NCBI GenBank assembly: GCA_025594325.1
Contig: JANHCV010000008.1
Coordinates: 248,001-312,000, forward strand
DNA: 64,000 bases
Origin: Blastocladiella emersonii ATCC 22665
Lineage: Eukaryota; Fungi; Blastocladiomycota
Direction of reading: 5' to 3'
The translations under genes and the position numbers were made by a program. Shown in pieces: positions 20,061 to 34,029 of this stretch. A model generated the notes under the pieces. That model saw nothing but the letters and a program-made list of their open reading frames with translations. It was not told where the DNA came from and made no database searches. Position 1 is the first letter of the stretch. Each line of letters begins with the position of its first letter.

Positions 20061-22833
20061 CCTACGCGCGAGGCGCGGTTAGCGGCTGGACGGGCGAAGC
20101 GAGGGAGAGGAGGGGACCGCGTACCGTCGAGCGCAAAGACTTGGACCTTGTACGCCCGCCACTGCGACAGCATGCCAGTCGTTTTGACCGAGATCACCGA
20201 CTTGGCCGCCCAGTTGGGCTAATAGAATGTGGATAATCTCGTCAGTTTTTGGTCCCACAGACGCACCGAAGGCCAGACGTACGTTGCTGGGCACGCTCGG
20301 CAGCTTGCCCGTGCTCGCCTGACCGCTCGGCGTCGTCGCTGGAGCCCCACCCGGCGCGTCCTGCTTGCGTGCCGCGGCGCGCACATCGATGACGAGTCGG
20401 CCGACGAGCGCGAAGAACGTGAACCCGACCGCGAACAGGATCATGTAGTGCTTGACGTAGAACGCGGCGATCTGGGCCGCGCCGAAGTCGAACAGCGCGA
20501 ACGCCGTGATCACGATGGACGACAGCGCAATCGTCTGTCCCGCGAGGTACATGAACTTGGACTCGTTGTACGACGAGCTAACGTTGCGCGTCTTGAAGGC
20601 GAGGTACAGGAACACGAGCGTCAGGAGCGCGTTGAAGGCGATCGAGGTGGCTGTGAGCGCATTCTGGAAGGTCGGCGACTCACTGCGGCACGCGTAGTAG
20701 ATGTAGGTACGCGCGGACGTCATCTGCGGCTTGGGCGCGTCGACGATCGACCACACTAGCAGGATCACGGACTGCGCGAGCATGATGGCGCCCACGCCCT
20801 GGAACAGCGCGCGGTCGCTGACGCGCGTCACCTTGACGAGTGACTTGTTCTCGAAAATTGTCCAGATCTACGCGAGAGCGGGCAACAGTGAGTGAGCGGA
20901 CGGTGAAGCACGCGATGATGGGACGGACGTACGCGGTACGCCTTGGCCACGGTGGCGCCCACGACCATCTCGAACCCGTACGCGAAGATCCAGAGGCTCG
21001 CCTGACACTGCTGCGATGACGGGATGCCGATCGAAAGGAGCGTGCTCGAGAGGAGCACGATGCACCCGATGCAGATGAAGTTCAGGAACGGGTAGCTGAG
21101 ATGCCGAACGTGCGGCACCGACCGGTGGATGAACAGGTACGCGTCCGTGACCAGGATCGCGACGATCATGGCGATCGTGGCCACGGCGAGTAGGATCCCG
21201 CCGACCGAGGTCCACGTCGGAACGAGCAGGGCCTGCGTGATGCGGTCGGCGGGGATCGACTTGGTGCCCGAGGCGAACGTCGGGTCGACGAGTTTCGTGA
21301 CCTGCTGCGCGGCGTCGATCGTGTACGCGGTCGTCACGGCGCCGTTGAAGATGTTGCGAATGATGAGTGGCCTGAACACACGCAGAGGGTTAGTACGCGA
21401 GATCCGAGCGGTGCAGCGAGTCACGTACTGAAGCCGGTCGCCCTTCTTGTCCACAACAAAGTCGCCCGAGAGACCCTTGAACGAACCGACGAACTCGACT
21501 GGATCGAACGTGTAGTTCCGCGCCAGCACACGGTCGGCGCCGAACCTGTTGACCATCTGCGGAAGAGTGCGCGAGGTCAGCGTTTGATCACGTTAGCAGA
21601 CGCATTTAGGCGTACCTTGACGAGCCCGTTGCCCATGGACAGGAGGCAGTCGGCGAAGAGCAGCGCGTACGACGGGATCGCGACAGACGGGTACACCGCT
21701 TTCCACCGCGCCTTGAACGACGCGGACAGGTCGTTGCCGCTATCCTCGAGCGGCATCACGAAAAGGAACCCGTCAAGCAGCGAGGCCCACGTCTTGTCGG
21801 CCGCGGCCGTGAGCGCCGTGCTGAACGCGTCGGGCGCGACCCAGGTGTTTCCCGGTCCGACGAGCCCGCGGGCCTGCGCCGCCTTGAGGAAGACGACCGA
21901 CTCCTCGGGCAGCGCGGCGATCACGTTGATCAGGGTACCGGTCAGGTCGATGGCGTCGAGCTGCGGCCCAAGCTGATCGGACGACGGGCTGAACGACTGG
22001 ACGGTAGTGACCGAGATGCCGAGCGAGCTGGCGGCGGCGAGGAAGCCCTGGCTGACTACACGCGCGTGTCGCAATTGAGCAAACGTAGCTCGACAGCCAC
22101 GGATCGACCGCGATACGGACTGCTCTGGCCGTAGGTCCCGGTCGCGAAGACGAGGTTGACGCGCGACCACCCCATGTACTTGATGAAGCGGGCGATGATC
22201 TGGCCTTGTTGCGGGTCCGAGACGATAGTCCTGCATGCATCGTCGAGCAATCGGGTCAGCGTCGCGTCTGCCCGTGGCTTACGTGTTGCACGCACCGATA
22301 GAAGTTCGGGTAGTCAAGCGACGACAGCTGTGACGTGGACGCGGATCCCGAGCACATCGGGATGTTGAAGTAACCCGCCTCGAGCGCCTGCGGCAACGTA
22401 AGGTCGCTATCGAACTACGGGGCGAGTGTCAGTTCCGTTGTGGATCTGAGAACGAGAGAACCGAGGACGTACGTCTCCGACCACACCAAGAGTGCCATCC
22501 TTGATGGCCGCGGCGAGGAACCCATTTGAGCTGTCGAAGAGCGACCCGTTGGTCGACGTGTACGTGACGCGGAACGTGTGCGAGCGGTCGATCGCTTGCA
22601 GGTCGGGCTCGAGCAGCTTGAGCGCGTCGACGATATAGGGGATGTCCGGGTCTACGCGAGACGGGTGGCAAGTTGGCTCTTGCCGCAATCACGAGTAAAG
22701 TTCGACGTATGCTCGTACACGCGGGGGACAGGAACGGCAGGTGCACGGCCACCTTAAGCTGCGCAGCAACCGCCACGGACGGCGCGAGGATCGCGAGGGC
22801 GAGTATGCCGAGGAACAGCGCCGGTAGTTTCAT
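19742..22833 (-). CDS. Multi-exon class C (GABA-B/glutamate-type) GPCR-like protein: signal peptide, Venus-flytrap/ANF domain, 7TM, C-terminal PH-like domain
   Basis: Signal peptide MKLPALFLGILALAILAP. Periplasmic-binding motifs (GWSRVNLVF..GTYG, GPGNTWVAPD). 7tm_3 hallmarks (SYPFLNFICIGC, TVAKAYR, YLAFKTRNVSSSYNESKF). Several GT-AG introns; exon boundaries only partly resolved. Confidence 0.85.
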
Positions 22834-23094
22834 GGTGTCAATAGACTGCTCGATACATGTTCCGTGGACCCGATGCGATGGGAAGAGTTCCGGGGCGGGC
22901 GAGTTTGTGGGCCTCCCACAGCGCCGCCACAACCGCCACACGTTGCACCCACTCCCAGCTCAGCCCAGCTCGTGCCCTTGTTCCGAAAGTAGACGGATCA
23001 AGCGTCTCCCGAGTGCGCTTACAAGACTGGTGACCTTGGAGCTGGGAGACTCGCGCTCGCTGCCACAGCACGCGTCAAAACGCGTCGTTTAGCC

Positions 23095-23118
23095 TCACGT
23101 GATGGCGCGACGCGTCTC
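23095..23118 (-). promoter_or_regulatory. Bipartite motif, perfect copy upstream of the GPCR (- strand copies also at 28997, 30941, 36107, 39059, 46806, 47662, 50879, 53149, 59291)
   Basis: Minus strand reads GAGACGCG TCGCGCCA TCACGTGA. Same spacing upstream of B1, B2, B3, B4, B6 and the LRR gene at 50741. Confidence 0.75.
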
Positions 23119-23649
23119 CCTAGTCGCTCGGCTCCTCCCTCGTTTCGGTTTTGGGGTGAACCCGAGAGTGTCAGCCTGAGTGTCAGCTGTGTGTGCTGAG
23201 CGAGCCGCGACGCTGAACCAAGCTTGCAGGGAATATGAAGGGGTCTCCGCCCCGCTGTTCCACCGTAGGCTCAAACACCTCGAGCGGGATGTCGCCGAGC
23301 AAGGATCGGGGCATAGCCACTTGAGCGAGTTGATGAGACGCAACTGACTGCAAAGGCTGCACCTCACCAGATCGATCCCCACTTGCGGCGAGCTCGGGCG
23401 AGAGCGGTGCCAAGCTTGACACGGAACAGCGTCTCTTGGGTTTCCTGTCACCTAGACCCCCAAAAGCGCCTAAACAAACTATTGCACCAAGTTGGACTCC
23501 TCCGATCGGCATGCGGTGTGCACTGGGGGTGCTCGGTAGGACGCGACCGAGCCCAAGTCGCGCGATTTGACCGCGGCGAGCCGCCGCGGCCCGTTCTCTC
23601 TCCCCGAATGCAAATGCAACGCACCTGATTTATGACATCTCATAAAAAA

Positions 23650-24148
23650 AATGCCGCTTCGCGTATCCGACTTGATCGAAAATATACCGATGGACTCGAG
23701 TTGTTGAATCTCGGCTACAACGGATGGACGCAGGCCACATTCATCGAGTTCGCGCCATAACTCCCCGCGCTCGCTTCGTGTCCTCGATCTCAGCGGCAGC
23801 CAGATCGACAAGCCGAGCGCACGCGCCATCGCTGAGCATATGCCGCCGCACCTCAAGTCTCTCGTCCTACGTGGGTGTAAGCTGGACGACGCCGCGGTTG
23901 GCGCTTTGATTGAGAGACCTCCGCCGACGCTGGTCAGCCTCAATCTGCGCGCCAATCAGCAGCTTACCGACCGCGCCGTGGGCTTCCTCGTTGATCACTT
24001 TCCTTCGGGCCTCGAGTCGATCGACCTTCGCGGGACAAGCGTCACGACGCACGCCATGGACGCGCTTCGTGCCGCCGCTGTCGCAGCAGGACGGCCGACG
24101 GGCCGGTTCTTGGGCGGCGTCAAAGGCGGTGACTGTTTTGCTGGATGA
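23650..24148 (+). pseudogene. RNI-like leucine-rich repeat gene fragment
   Basis: Repeats GLELLNLGYN, SLRVLDLSGSQI, LKSLVLRGCKL, LVSLNLRANQQL, LESIDLRGTSV. In-frame TAA at 23758-23760 and single-base shifts near 23688 and 23763-23766. Confidence 0.8.
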
Positions 24149-24316
24149 TGATCGTGTGCGCGAGCATCCGTGAATTATGAATATCTTGATTCAGGCGCAG
24201 AACACGAACAAGAGCGAGGCGAAGGGTGAATAAGGGAGACGCTTTGATTCAAACAGGGACCACACCCAGCGCGAGAGAAGGCGTGGATAATGTACACGGT
24301 GATGATGATGCTGAAT

Positions 24317-27300
24317 TCACTCCGCAGCCGCAACTTCAAGCTGCTGCTGCTGCTGCTCAACGCTGGCCTCGGCTGCGCCCGCCTCGCCGACCTCATCAAG
24401 CTCGACCTCGACCTCCAGCTCGGGCTCCGGCTTCACCTTCCCGCCCGCTGCGAGCACATCGAGGGCGTCGGCGTGCTGCGTCACAAACTCGTCCCACCCG
24501 CGGAGTTGAACCACGCCCGGCGCGAGCGTGAGCCGGCCACCGACACGACGTACGCGCTCGACGAGCCCCGCCGCCCCCGTCCCGTCCTCCTGCCCGGGCG
24601 TTCCCGCATGGACGAGCGCGATGCGGCCATCGACGAGCGCAAGGACCGACGACGACGCGACGTTGGCGCACGCGAGCTCGAGGACGACGCGGACCGCGGG
24701 GACGAGGCCGGGCGTGACGGCGACGGCGCGCGTGGCGTCGATGGCGCGCGTCGCGAACACCGGGTCGGCGAAGGCGATGCGGAACGCGGCGCGGCTGACG
24801 CCGTTGCGCGCGGGGCCCGCGACGGATCCGGCGGCCGCGCACTCGGGGAATGCGACGCGCACACGGTGGCGCATCAGCATCGGGAGGAACATGGCGAGCG
24901 GGTGCGAGTCGAGGGCGAGGCGCAGGTCGGCGAGCGTGAACCGCGTGCCGCGCGGAGCGGGAGCCGCGGCGGGTTCCGCGTCGCCTGCAGCGGCGGTATG
25001 CGAGTGACCAGCGGCGAGTTCCGTCAGGCCGACGGGCGACACGTTCGCGGCGAACCACGCGAGGACGCGGGTCCAGTCGGTGCGCTGGAGGCGGTTAACG
25101 GCGAGCATGACCTGCGGCTTGCCGATCCCCGCGGGCACATCGACGGCGTCGACACCGAGCGCCGCAGGTAGATGGTCCGCGACACAGGCGAGCACGACGA
25201 TGAGCCGGTGCATCGCCGCGATCATCGCGCGGATCGCGATCCCGTCGCTGAACTGGCTCTTCATCGTGGCGCCCGTCGCGGTCCCGACGACCGCCCACAC
25301 GGCCTTGTACTCGTCGACGGACCGCGGCGTGTACAGCAGCGGCGTGAGGTCGAGCCCGCTCGTGTCCGAGAACCCGCACAGCAGCTCGGCGAACTGGCGT
25401 CGCCTGACGGCGTCGGCGAAAATGCGCTCGAGCGCGCGCAGCACCGTCAGCGTCATGAGCACAGACCGCGGGGCCGACGGGTGCGACGTCGGGTGCAGGC
25501 ACATGAGGCGCGCGGCGTCTGCAGCAGCCAGCTCGGCGGCCGCTGTCATGTTGGCTTTCGCCGACGCGGCGTCCGAGGCTACTCTCGTCCGCGGCGCACG
25601 CGGGCGGTGCGACTGCGGCGGCTCGCTCGTGGGCGTCGAGTCCGCAGTGCCGTGAGGCTCAAGGACGGGCGCCTCGCCCTGCTCGGTCAACGATGCGGGC
25701 GGAGCCGAGCCCGAGCCGCCGCCCGCTGCGTCGAGCCGCCGCACGCCGTCTGCCGTCAGACCCGAATCGACCGCCGACGTCGCAGCCGCGGCGTCGAGTG
25801 CGACTGACTCGGCGGAAGCAGCGTCGTGGCTCGTCGCGCGCTTGTCGAGGGGCTCAGCGTTGCGCGACTTGGCGGCAGGGCCAGCAGGTCGCGGCGACAA
25901 CGACGCGGCGGACCGCGCCGCGGCCTCGAGGTCGGCCGAACCGTTTGCCGCCGTCTGGTCGGGAGGCGGCACGTCCGCGTCCGAAACGGGAGCAGGCCGA
26001 GTCTCGGTAGCGGGCGATCGCGGCGCTGGTGGCTGAGCGGGGCCGTCCTTGCGCGACGCCTCGACAGCGCGGTTCGCAGGTCCAGGTGCAGCAGACGGGT
26101 GCCGGAGCGCTCCCGAAACCGCGACACGAACGTGCTGCCCGTTGGTCCAGTGCGCGGGCGGGTACCGCGCGGCGAGGTCGCCGAGCAGCGCGTTGTGCCA
26201 GCCGGACGGCGAGGACGGGGTCGGCAGCTCGTTCGGGACCGCGATTGACGAGACCGAGCGCGAGTTGACGGATGCGGCGGCGGCGGTGAGCGGGGTCGGG
26301 GGAGGGTGGTGCGCCGCCGAAACGCCGGCCGGCTGCGGGATGGTGCCGAGGCGAGGTGTCGCGGCGGGCGTCGTGGTGGTGGTGTGCGGCGGAGAAGCGA
26401 GGTACTGCTGCTGCTGCTGCTGGTGGCGGGCGGCCGCCGAAGCGGGCTTGGGGTGGCCGTGCGCGGGCGACTGCGGGCCGCCGTTCGCTGCGGTAGGGCG
26501 GCCGGTGGCGGGGTTGCTCGTCGGGAGCGACGCGGTCAGGAAGTTGGGCGCGTAGAGGTCGTGGACGGCGGCGGGCAGCGACACGGTCCGGTCGCGCGAA
26601 GTAGCGGCGCCACCCGACGCGGCGTGCGAGCGCGGCTGCGCGGCCGCGGCCGTAGCGGTGGTATTACCCGGTGAAGCGGGCTAGGCGGTTTGGGACAGGT
26701 TAGCTCGAGACACAGCCGCGACCATGCGGACGGACGCGTACCTGCTGCGCGGGAAGGTACCGCGGTGCGAGGAGCGCGCCCCTCGCACTGGGCGAGTGAT
26801 GGGCTGGAACGACGAGCGCGCGGCTGCCGTTCGGCGTAGGGTGAGCGGGAGGAGCCGCTGGCGTGCTCGGCGGAAGCATCTGCTGCAGCTGTGCGCCCGA
26901 GTTGGTGGGCGGCACGACGGAAATCTACACGCAATAATTGTCATTAAGGCGACTGAGCCTCCGCGGTCGTGTAGGGAATGGGCACGGACCAGCGTCGGTG
27001 CTGCACTCGTGGAGCGGACGCGGGTTTCGAGCACGCGGGTCGACTTCTTGGGGGTCTTGCGAGTGACAGGGCCGGCAGCACGCTACTCGGCGCGTGAGTG
27101 CGAGCCGCGCGTGTTCGAGACTGAGAAAACGTACGACTGCCGACGGGGTCTCGGGAACAGCAGTCTGCGTGACACACGGGAGCCCACCAACCTGTGCACA
27201 ACCGATGCGGATGTCAATCAACTGCCGGTCGCGCCAAACATGCGCTGAGGCGTACCGCATCGGGTGAGCGATCCGACGTGCCGTTGAAGGTGAGCTGCTG

Positions 27301-28926
27301 CGTTGGTCGAGGGTCGATGTCGGGTTGCTAGACGCGTCAAGTCAGCAAAGGTTTGCCCCACTCGACAGTCAACAAACGCACCGTCTCCGAAACCGCGACA
27401 ACCGTCTCCCACGCGATACCCACGCCATCGTCCTCGATGGGTGCGAGGGTCCCGATGCACGCGCGGCCGAGCTCGTCGCGCATGAAGAGCCGCGTGGCGC
27501 GCTCGCCGTTGTTGCGCCACGCGCGGATCTCGGTGGGGCCGTCCGTGTCGAGGAAGCGGCGGACGAGGCGCTCGACGGGCGGCGGGGGCGGAGCAGTGTC
27601 GGGTTGAGGTGCCGCGGCGTTGGCGGTAAATTCGATGAACCGCGGGTGGTCGAATTGAGCGAGGATCGGCGGCGGCGGCGGAGGCGGCGCTGGAACAGGC
27701 TCAGCAGCGGCGGCGACGTCGCGCATGTCGCTGTCGCGGGTGTCGCGGGTGTCGCCGTCGGGCGCGTCGCCATTTCCTACACGGCGCGGAAGTGAGACAT
27801 CGCGCCGGTGTAAGACTGAGCGTTGGTGAGAGTACCTCGAGCGTGGCCGTTGGCGCGACTCGAGAGATGCTGGTTGACGCGGATCCGCTTACCGGCCCGA
27901 CAATAACGCGGGTCGTCGTCGTCGGGCACGGACGCGCCTAAACGTAGCGCTCGTGTCGTTAGCACCCCGCGATCGATCCAAGTCTTCGAATGAATCGTAC
28001 GCTTGCACGGCGGGCTGACACCGAGCTGCCACCGAATCGTGGAGCGGAACGTGTTGATCTCGAAGACGAGCGCGCCGTCGAGCTTCGCGTCCCGCTCGGC
28101 AAACTCGAGAAAGTACGGGACCGCGGCGCAGAACGCCTCGACGCGCGCGGCCTCCTCCCCGACCGCCGGCCAAGCCAGGTCGCGCACGAGCGGGTCCTTG
28201 CCCTCGTCGAGCGCAGCGTACACGGTTGCCGCATCCCGAAACACGCCGAGTACCGCGCGGAAGAACCCGTGCGCGGTCGCGCCGTCCCAGTCGCGGCGCG
28301 CGTCGACGACGTGGATCACGGGCTTGGTCCCGCCGACCGTGAGCTTGCCGGCGAACAGGCCGAGGAACGCGTCGGCGTCGGTGCCGTCATCGCGGCCCGC
28401 GTGGAAGATGGAGCACGTTGGCGCACCCGTGTCGCGGCGGCGGATGCTGATGAGCGTGATGCCACGGAGGCACGGGAAGACGATCAGGTCGTGGGTGTCG
28501 GTGAGATGGTCGACGACCCAGTCCGCGAGACGGACGGCGTGATGGGCGGCCGTGTCGCCGTTGCCCTGGGCGCGCAGCAGGCGGAAGTCGGTGAAGGCGC
28601 GGGCAAAGAGGTTGACCGGGGCGACGAGCAGGCGCGCGCCCGAGGCCGCGTCCACGTCCTGAAACGCGGCGCGGACGAGCAGGTTGGCGAGCGTGATATC
28701 GAGCGGGCCCGAGGGTGCGAGGAAGGCGAGGATGCTGGCGGACTCGACGGGCGCAGGATCGTTCGGTGTGCGCCACAGGACGGGCGACCCGGCGTGCGCG
28801 ACGAGCGCGTTGACGATGGCGCGCGCTGACTCCACTACACCCCGCAACGGCGATTTCGCGTCAAGGGTGAGTGGGGACTCTCAGAGCATGGATTGCAGCA
28901 AGTCTCATACACGACGGGGTCCTCAT
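24317..28926 (-). CDS. Family B copy B1, multi-exon, probably intact (N-domain, X-domain, linker, C-domain)
   Basis: Exon 1 28926-28911 and intron 28910-28835 give MRTPS|LESARA. N-domain ORF 27777..28847, X-domain ORF 27337..27726, C-domain ORF 24317..26584, with donor/branch/acceptor signals between them. Middle exons not fully resolved. Confidence 0.75.
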
Positions 28927-29099
28927 GGTTGCATTCTCGTCGGGGTCCCGGGGAGGCCGGGCGGGAGTCGGTTTCAAAGCGCAACGCGTTGCTCACCCAT
29001 GTGATTTCCCGACGCGTCTCGCAGGCGTCCCGTTTCGGGTCTCGCGTTTGCTGAATGCCTACCGCGGTCAAGTCGCTTTGGGCTCAACCAGCTAAGGAT

Positions 29100-30823
29100 T
29101 GGGTTGAAAACAGGTCATGATCACGTAGCGCGTGCAGAATGAGGCGGGTGTGCTCGTACCATCTGGATATCGCTGTCAATCGGATTCTCCAATGAACAGC
29201 TTGTCAACGAGCCCGGAGCTGGTGCACGCGTCCAGCCATGGCTCCTGCTCGGGGGTGCCTACGACCGAACGAAATGGTTAGTTTCGGATGAAACCGAGAC
29301 GTCAGTGCAGTCGCACAGGCAAGGAATCCGCGAGAACCGTCGCCCAATTGGCAGGACCAGAGATGGGCGTCACGGTCGCGACACACGCGCGCCCGAGTTC
29401 GTCGCGCACGAAGAGACGCGTCACTCGGTCGCCCTTGACGCGCCAGGCACGGGTTTCGGCTACAGCCGAGTCGGCAGTCGCCGCGGCGACGAGGTATGCG
29501 GCGAGGCGCGAGGCAGAAAGCGGTGACGTGGAAGCGGGTACGCCTGTCGCGGTCGGCACCAGCTCGACAAAGCTGGCGTGGTCGACCTCGGCGAACGAGT
29601 CCGCCGCGTACGCTGTGGCCGGCGAGGGGGTCCGCTCGCGAACAGGCGGAACACGATCGCGCTCGTTGGCTGTACGAATAGTCACGCCGTGTGATCAAGA
29701 TCAAAAGGTAGTTTCGAGAGAGAACGGCGTACCTGAATCGGACGAGCCAGCTGCCAAGTCCAGCGAGTCGCGAACAGAAGGCTGTGCCTCGCTAGCTGCA
29801 ACCTCAGATTGCTCCGAGACCAGCCTTCGCGGCTCTAAACGATCCTGCAATAAGCATCGAACGAACCAAAAATTCGGCGCAAGTCGACGTACGCTCGAGG
29901 GGAAGTTCGCGACGGCGACGGCGCAAATCTATGCGACTGTCCACCGCAGCAAGAAAGCTCTCCAGTTTTTCGGCAAGCACGCGTTGCAAGGGCCGGGTGC
30001 GCTCGGCAAACTCGACGAGACGCGGAAGCATCGCAGCAAAGGCCTCGACGCGCGACTCGTCCGAGTCGTCGCCCAAAACGTCAAGGTGGTCGGACGGATC
30101 GTCACCGGCGTACATGGTGGCGTGCACGGCAGCGGAACGCTCGAGCAGCTGCTGCTGCCCGCGATAGAAACCAGCCGCAGCCACCCATTCGGGTCGTGCA
30201 TCGATCGTGTACAGCGAAGGTTCACCGCCAGCGATGGTTTCAACGACCCGGCGAATGAAATCATCGGCGTCGTCCGTTCGGTGTCCTGCGTGAAACACGC
30301 AAAAACTCGTTTCCGGGTCGGCTGAGTCGCGGTGCAAGCTGAAGAGAGTAATCGCTGCGCGCGTGGAGCGGACGCACGGGAAGATGACAAGCTGGTGGGT
30401 GTCCAGCAAACGGTCGCCAACCCAGTGCGCGAGCGAGTGTGCAGCGGCCGCCGCGGCGGTCAAGTTCGACTGAGCGGCATGGAGGCGGGCGTCGGTGTGG
30501 GCGCGCTCGAGCGAGTTAACGGGCGCAATCAGAGCGCGCGATTGCAAGGTAGCAGGGAGCGACGCGCCAGCACGGCGAGTTCCACAATGGCCGAGTCGAG
30601 GGAACACGAAGCGGGCTTAGCGCTGAGGAAGGCATGGAGTGCATCGGACTCGACCGTCACGCGCAAGTCCGGTGACGAGTAAAGAGTGTCCGAGGAGAGG
30701 TGCTCGACGAGCAAGTCGACGATGGCCCGCGCGGACTCGACTGGCGCGGGAAACGCGGCGATCGCATCAGATTACATTCATGTCGACGATTGCATGAGGT
30801 TACATACGCGACGCGGTCGCCAT
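29100..30823 (-). pseudogene. Family B copy B2, frameshifted and lacking the C-domain
   Basis: Exon 1 30823-30808, intron 30807-30741. About 7 bp deleted near 30563-30575 shifts the frame (LDSAIVEL.. to ASLPATLQ..APVN). X-domain at 29302..29600. The B1 promoter follows directly. Confidence 0.8.
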
Positions 30824-31069
30824 GGCTGCATTTTACTCTATCGTGGAGAGCCGATCATGGGCGAGGTGGAAGCGCCACCTAAAGCGCCACTCGTCAACGG
30901 TGGGCGACGTCACACTTCGGAGACAATGATCACATGCACGTGGCGTGATTTCGCGACGCGTCTCGCGCTCGCCGACGCGTTGCGGATGTCAGACAGAAGG
31001 TTAAACGGTAGAAAATAAGTGTATCACGACCGCGATTAGCCGCCAAATCGTCAGAGCATCACCCGTCGA

Positions 31070-34029
31070 TCACGATTCTTCGTCCGCCGCAACAATGCTT
31101 GCCCGCTGCGTCACGCCCGCTGCCAGTGCATCAAATGCTGCCGCGTGCCGATCCTTGAAATCTTCCCACCCGCGCAGCTTGACCGTGTTGGAAGCAAGGC
31201 TGAAATGAGGTCCGCCACTGTGACGGAGGCGTTTCTTGATCCCCGCGACGCCGTTCCCGCCTTCCTGTCCTGGAGAGCTGGCGTGAACAAAAACAAGGCG
31301 ACTTACGGTCTGAGTGGGGTCAAAGACCGCCGAGGAAGCGATATTCGCCTGTGCAAACTCGAGGACAACCTGGATGGCGGGCACAAGACCTGAGGTCTGA
31401 ATGACTTCGCTGGTCGAAGCTCTTGCGCGCGCGCAGACACTTGGATCAGCGAACGCAAGAACGTAGATCGCTCGGCTTGCCTTTCTGACAACGTAGGGCG
31501 CGACGCAGCCAGCAACGGCGCACTCCGGGTAGCGCGTGGCAATACGGTCTTGCTTCAGGAGTGGGAGAAACGCGGCGAGCGGGTGCGCATCAAGGATACC
31601 GCGGAGCTCGTTGAGAGGATATTGGGCTCCGCGGCCGTCTCTTACCAGCGGGCGGTCAGGGTCGCGAATTCTTTTGTACTGGAGGCCGCCCAGTCCAGTC
31701 AGAGAAATTGTAGCTGCAAACCACGCCAAAGCTTCTGACCAAGCAGGCTCATCCAAGCGATTCACAGCGATCATGATCTGGAGCTTGGGAGTCCCATCCG
31801 GCACCTCGACGGTGCAAGTGCTAAGCGCGACTTCAAGGTTGTCGGCGACGCACGCAAGGGCAACGAGAAGGCGGTGCACGGATGCTAAGGAGGCAGCAAT
31901 TGGCTTGCAGTCCGCCAGGGGATGGCGAAGCGTTGCACCAGTCGATTCGCCTATCACCGACTATAAAACCTGGTACTGCGCGATCGACCGCGCCTCGTGG
32001 AGGAGCGACGAAAGATTGATCGGACTGGAATCAGTGATCCCGCACAGGACTTTGGCAAACTGGGCGCGCGCAACAGGATGACCAGTAACACGATTGATGG
32101 CGCGCAGGACAGTGAGAGAAAAGGCCACCGTTCGCGGGACGTAAGCACGATGCTGCAGTTTGAGACCGAGTAGTTGCGAGGCTTCAGTTGATATGGAGTT
32201 GGCTGCCCTGTTAAAATCAGTCAAGGAAACTGGTGATTTTGAGACAGCGGGCAAAGCAGTCATGTGAACTGGATCTGTCGACGCGGGAGCTACTGGTGGG
32301 ACAGAAGCAAGTGTAGAAGCCTCGCTCGTATCGGCGGTAACTGTTGACACGATGGCGCCGCCAGGTGCGTTGCCGTCAAGTACGGCCGATGAAGGTACAG
32401 CAAGTTGTGGCGTTGCATCGGGCTGCGTCAAGCTTGATGATTGCGAGCGGGCCATGGAAGTGGAGGAAGACATCGTATCACTGTTCAACGGTCGGCTTGC
32501 TTTGGGAGCCTGAATGCGGGATCGTTTCGCTGGGCGCACCGCGACAGGCAGAGAATCTGCGACTTGACGCAGCGGCGGTGCAAGCAGGGCAGGGATGGCC
32601 GTGTCACGACTGGGCGAAGCTGGAGAAGGGTGGATTATGTTTCCCGCCACCGACTGGATTACGGTCGCGAATTCGGAAGCCGTTGAAGACCATGGTCGTA
32701 ACAGCTGCGCTCGGCTGTCGTCGTCCATGTTGAGCTCAAGGATGGAATGCGACTCGGGCTGAGCTGGCGGAATACAAGAGTGTGGTGCGGAACTCTGCTC
32801 GAATGCACACGAGCGAGGAGAAGTGTGCGAAACCGGAGTAAGGATCGCCGCGTCGAATGAGTTGTTGCGAGGAAGCGCTCCCGGTTGTTCCAAGTCAAGA
32901 CTTCCGTGTCGAGCAGCGTCATCAGTCAAAGGCTCGATCAAGATAGAACCGGCCACGAAGACACTTGAAGAACGGAACGAAGCCGATTCAAGGCATGGTG
33001 CGTCCCGAAGAATCGATTCGGCAGCAGGAGGCAAAGCACCATCTGGTAGAAGTTCGCGAAGCCACCCACACCCATTTGAAGCCGCAAAAGGCGGATTGGA
33101 ATAGGTTTCAGAGAATTGTGTCGCATCGCGCAGTGGTCCTAAACCATGCTTGTTAGCGATTAATCCGGAGATGAAATGTTGAGAAGGAGCGTACCATAAA
33201 TTTCACTCGTCTCAACGTTCGGGCTGGTCTCAGACTGGAACTGTTTGATCGCCGATGTGAGCTCGGGACCCATCGGTCGAAGTCGTTCAGAGAACTCGAC
33301 GAGCTTCGGGAGGATCGCGGCAAAGGTTTCAACTCGGCATTGATCAAGCTCCCCGCTCGGAACCATCCCGTGAAGCGGATCAGTATCCTCGTACATGGCC
33401 GAGTGCACCAAGGCGAGATTGCGGAAGAAGTCCCGCAGCCCGTGGTAAAATCCTGCGGCGCTTACCCACTCGCGCTGCGGATCCATCATGTAAATCGAGG
33501 AGTCAGCACCAACCGCTCCATCAATCAGGCCGCGTAGAAAGTCCTCGATGGCAACGTCGGCCGGATGACCTGCACGAAAAACGCAAAAGCTCGGTTCGCT
33601 GTCATGAGAATCGCGGTGATGGCTCACGAGGGTAAGTGCAGCGCGGTTTTCGAAAATGAAGGGAAACACGACAAGCTGGTGTGTTGCGTCCATGAAGCTA
33701 GCGAGCCACTGCGTGAGCGGACTTTGTCCGTGTGTGACGTTGAATTGCGATTGCGGAGCGCGAAGCTGAAAATCGCAGAACGCGCGCTCGAGGGAATTGA
33801 CTGGAGCCATCTGGATGCGATCGCGAACGAGTGGCGGAACCGAGGCCAAGGCCGTTTGAGCAACGAGATCGGCGAGCGCTGGAGAAAGCACGCAAAGCGA
33901 AGGTACAGCATTCAAAAAGGCATGGATTGTGACTTTGAAGACCTTGGAGCCATCATCTGCCGATGCCAAGATGACCGGCGACTCTCGATGCGCGGCGAGT
34001 AAGTCGACGACGGCGCGCGCTGACTCCAT
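31070..34029 (-). pseudogene. Family B copy B3, nonsense TAG at a conserved Trp, TIR element upstream
   Basis: N-domain ORF 33160..34095 splices in frame (intron ~33196-33140) to ORF 31961..33034. YQVL*SVIG aligns with YKAVWAVVG of paralogs. ORF 31070..31957 continues in the same frame. Confidence 0.82.
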
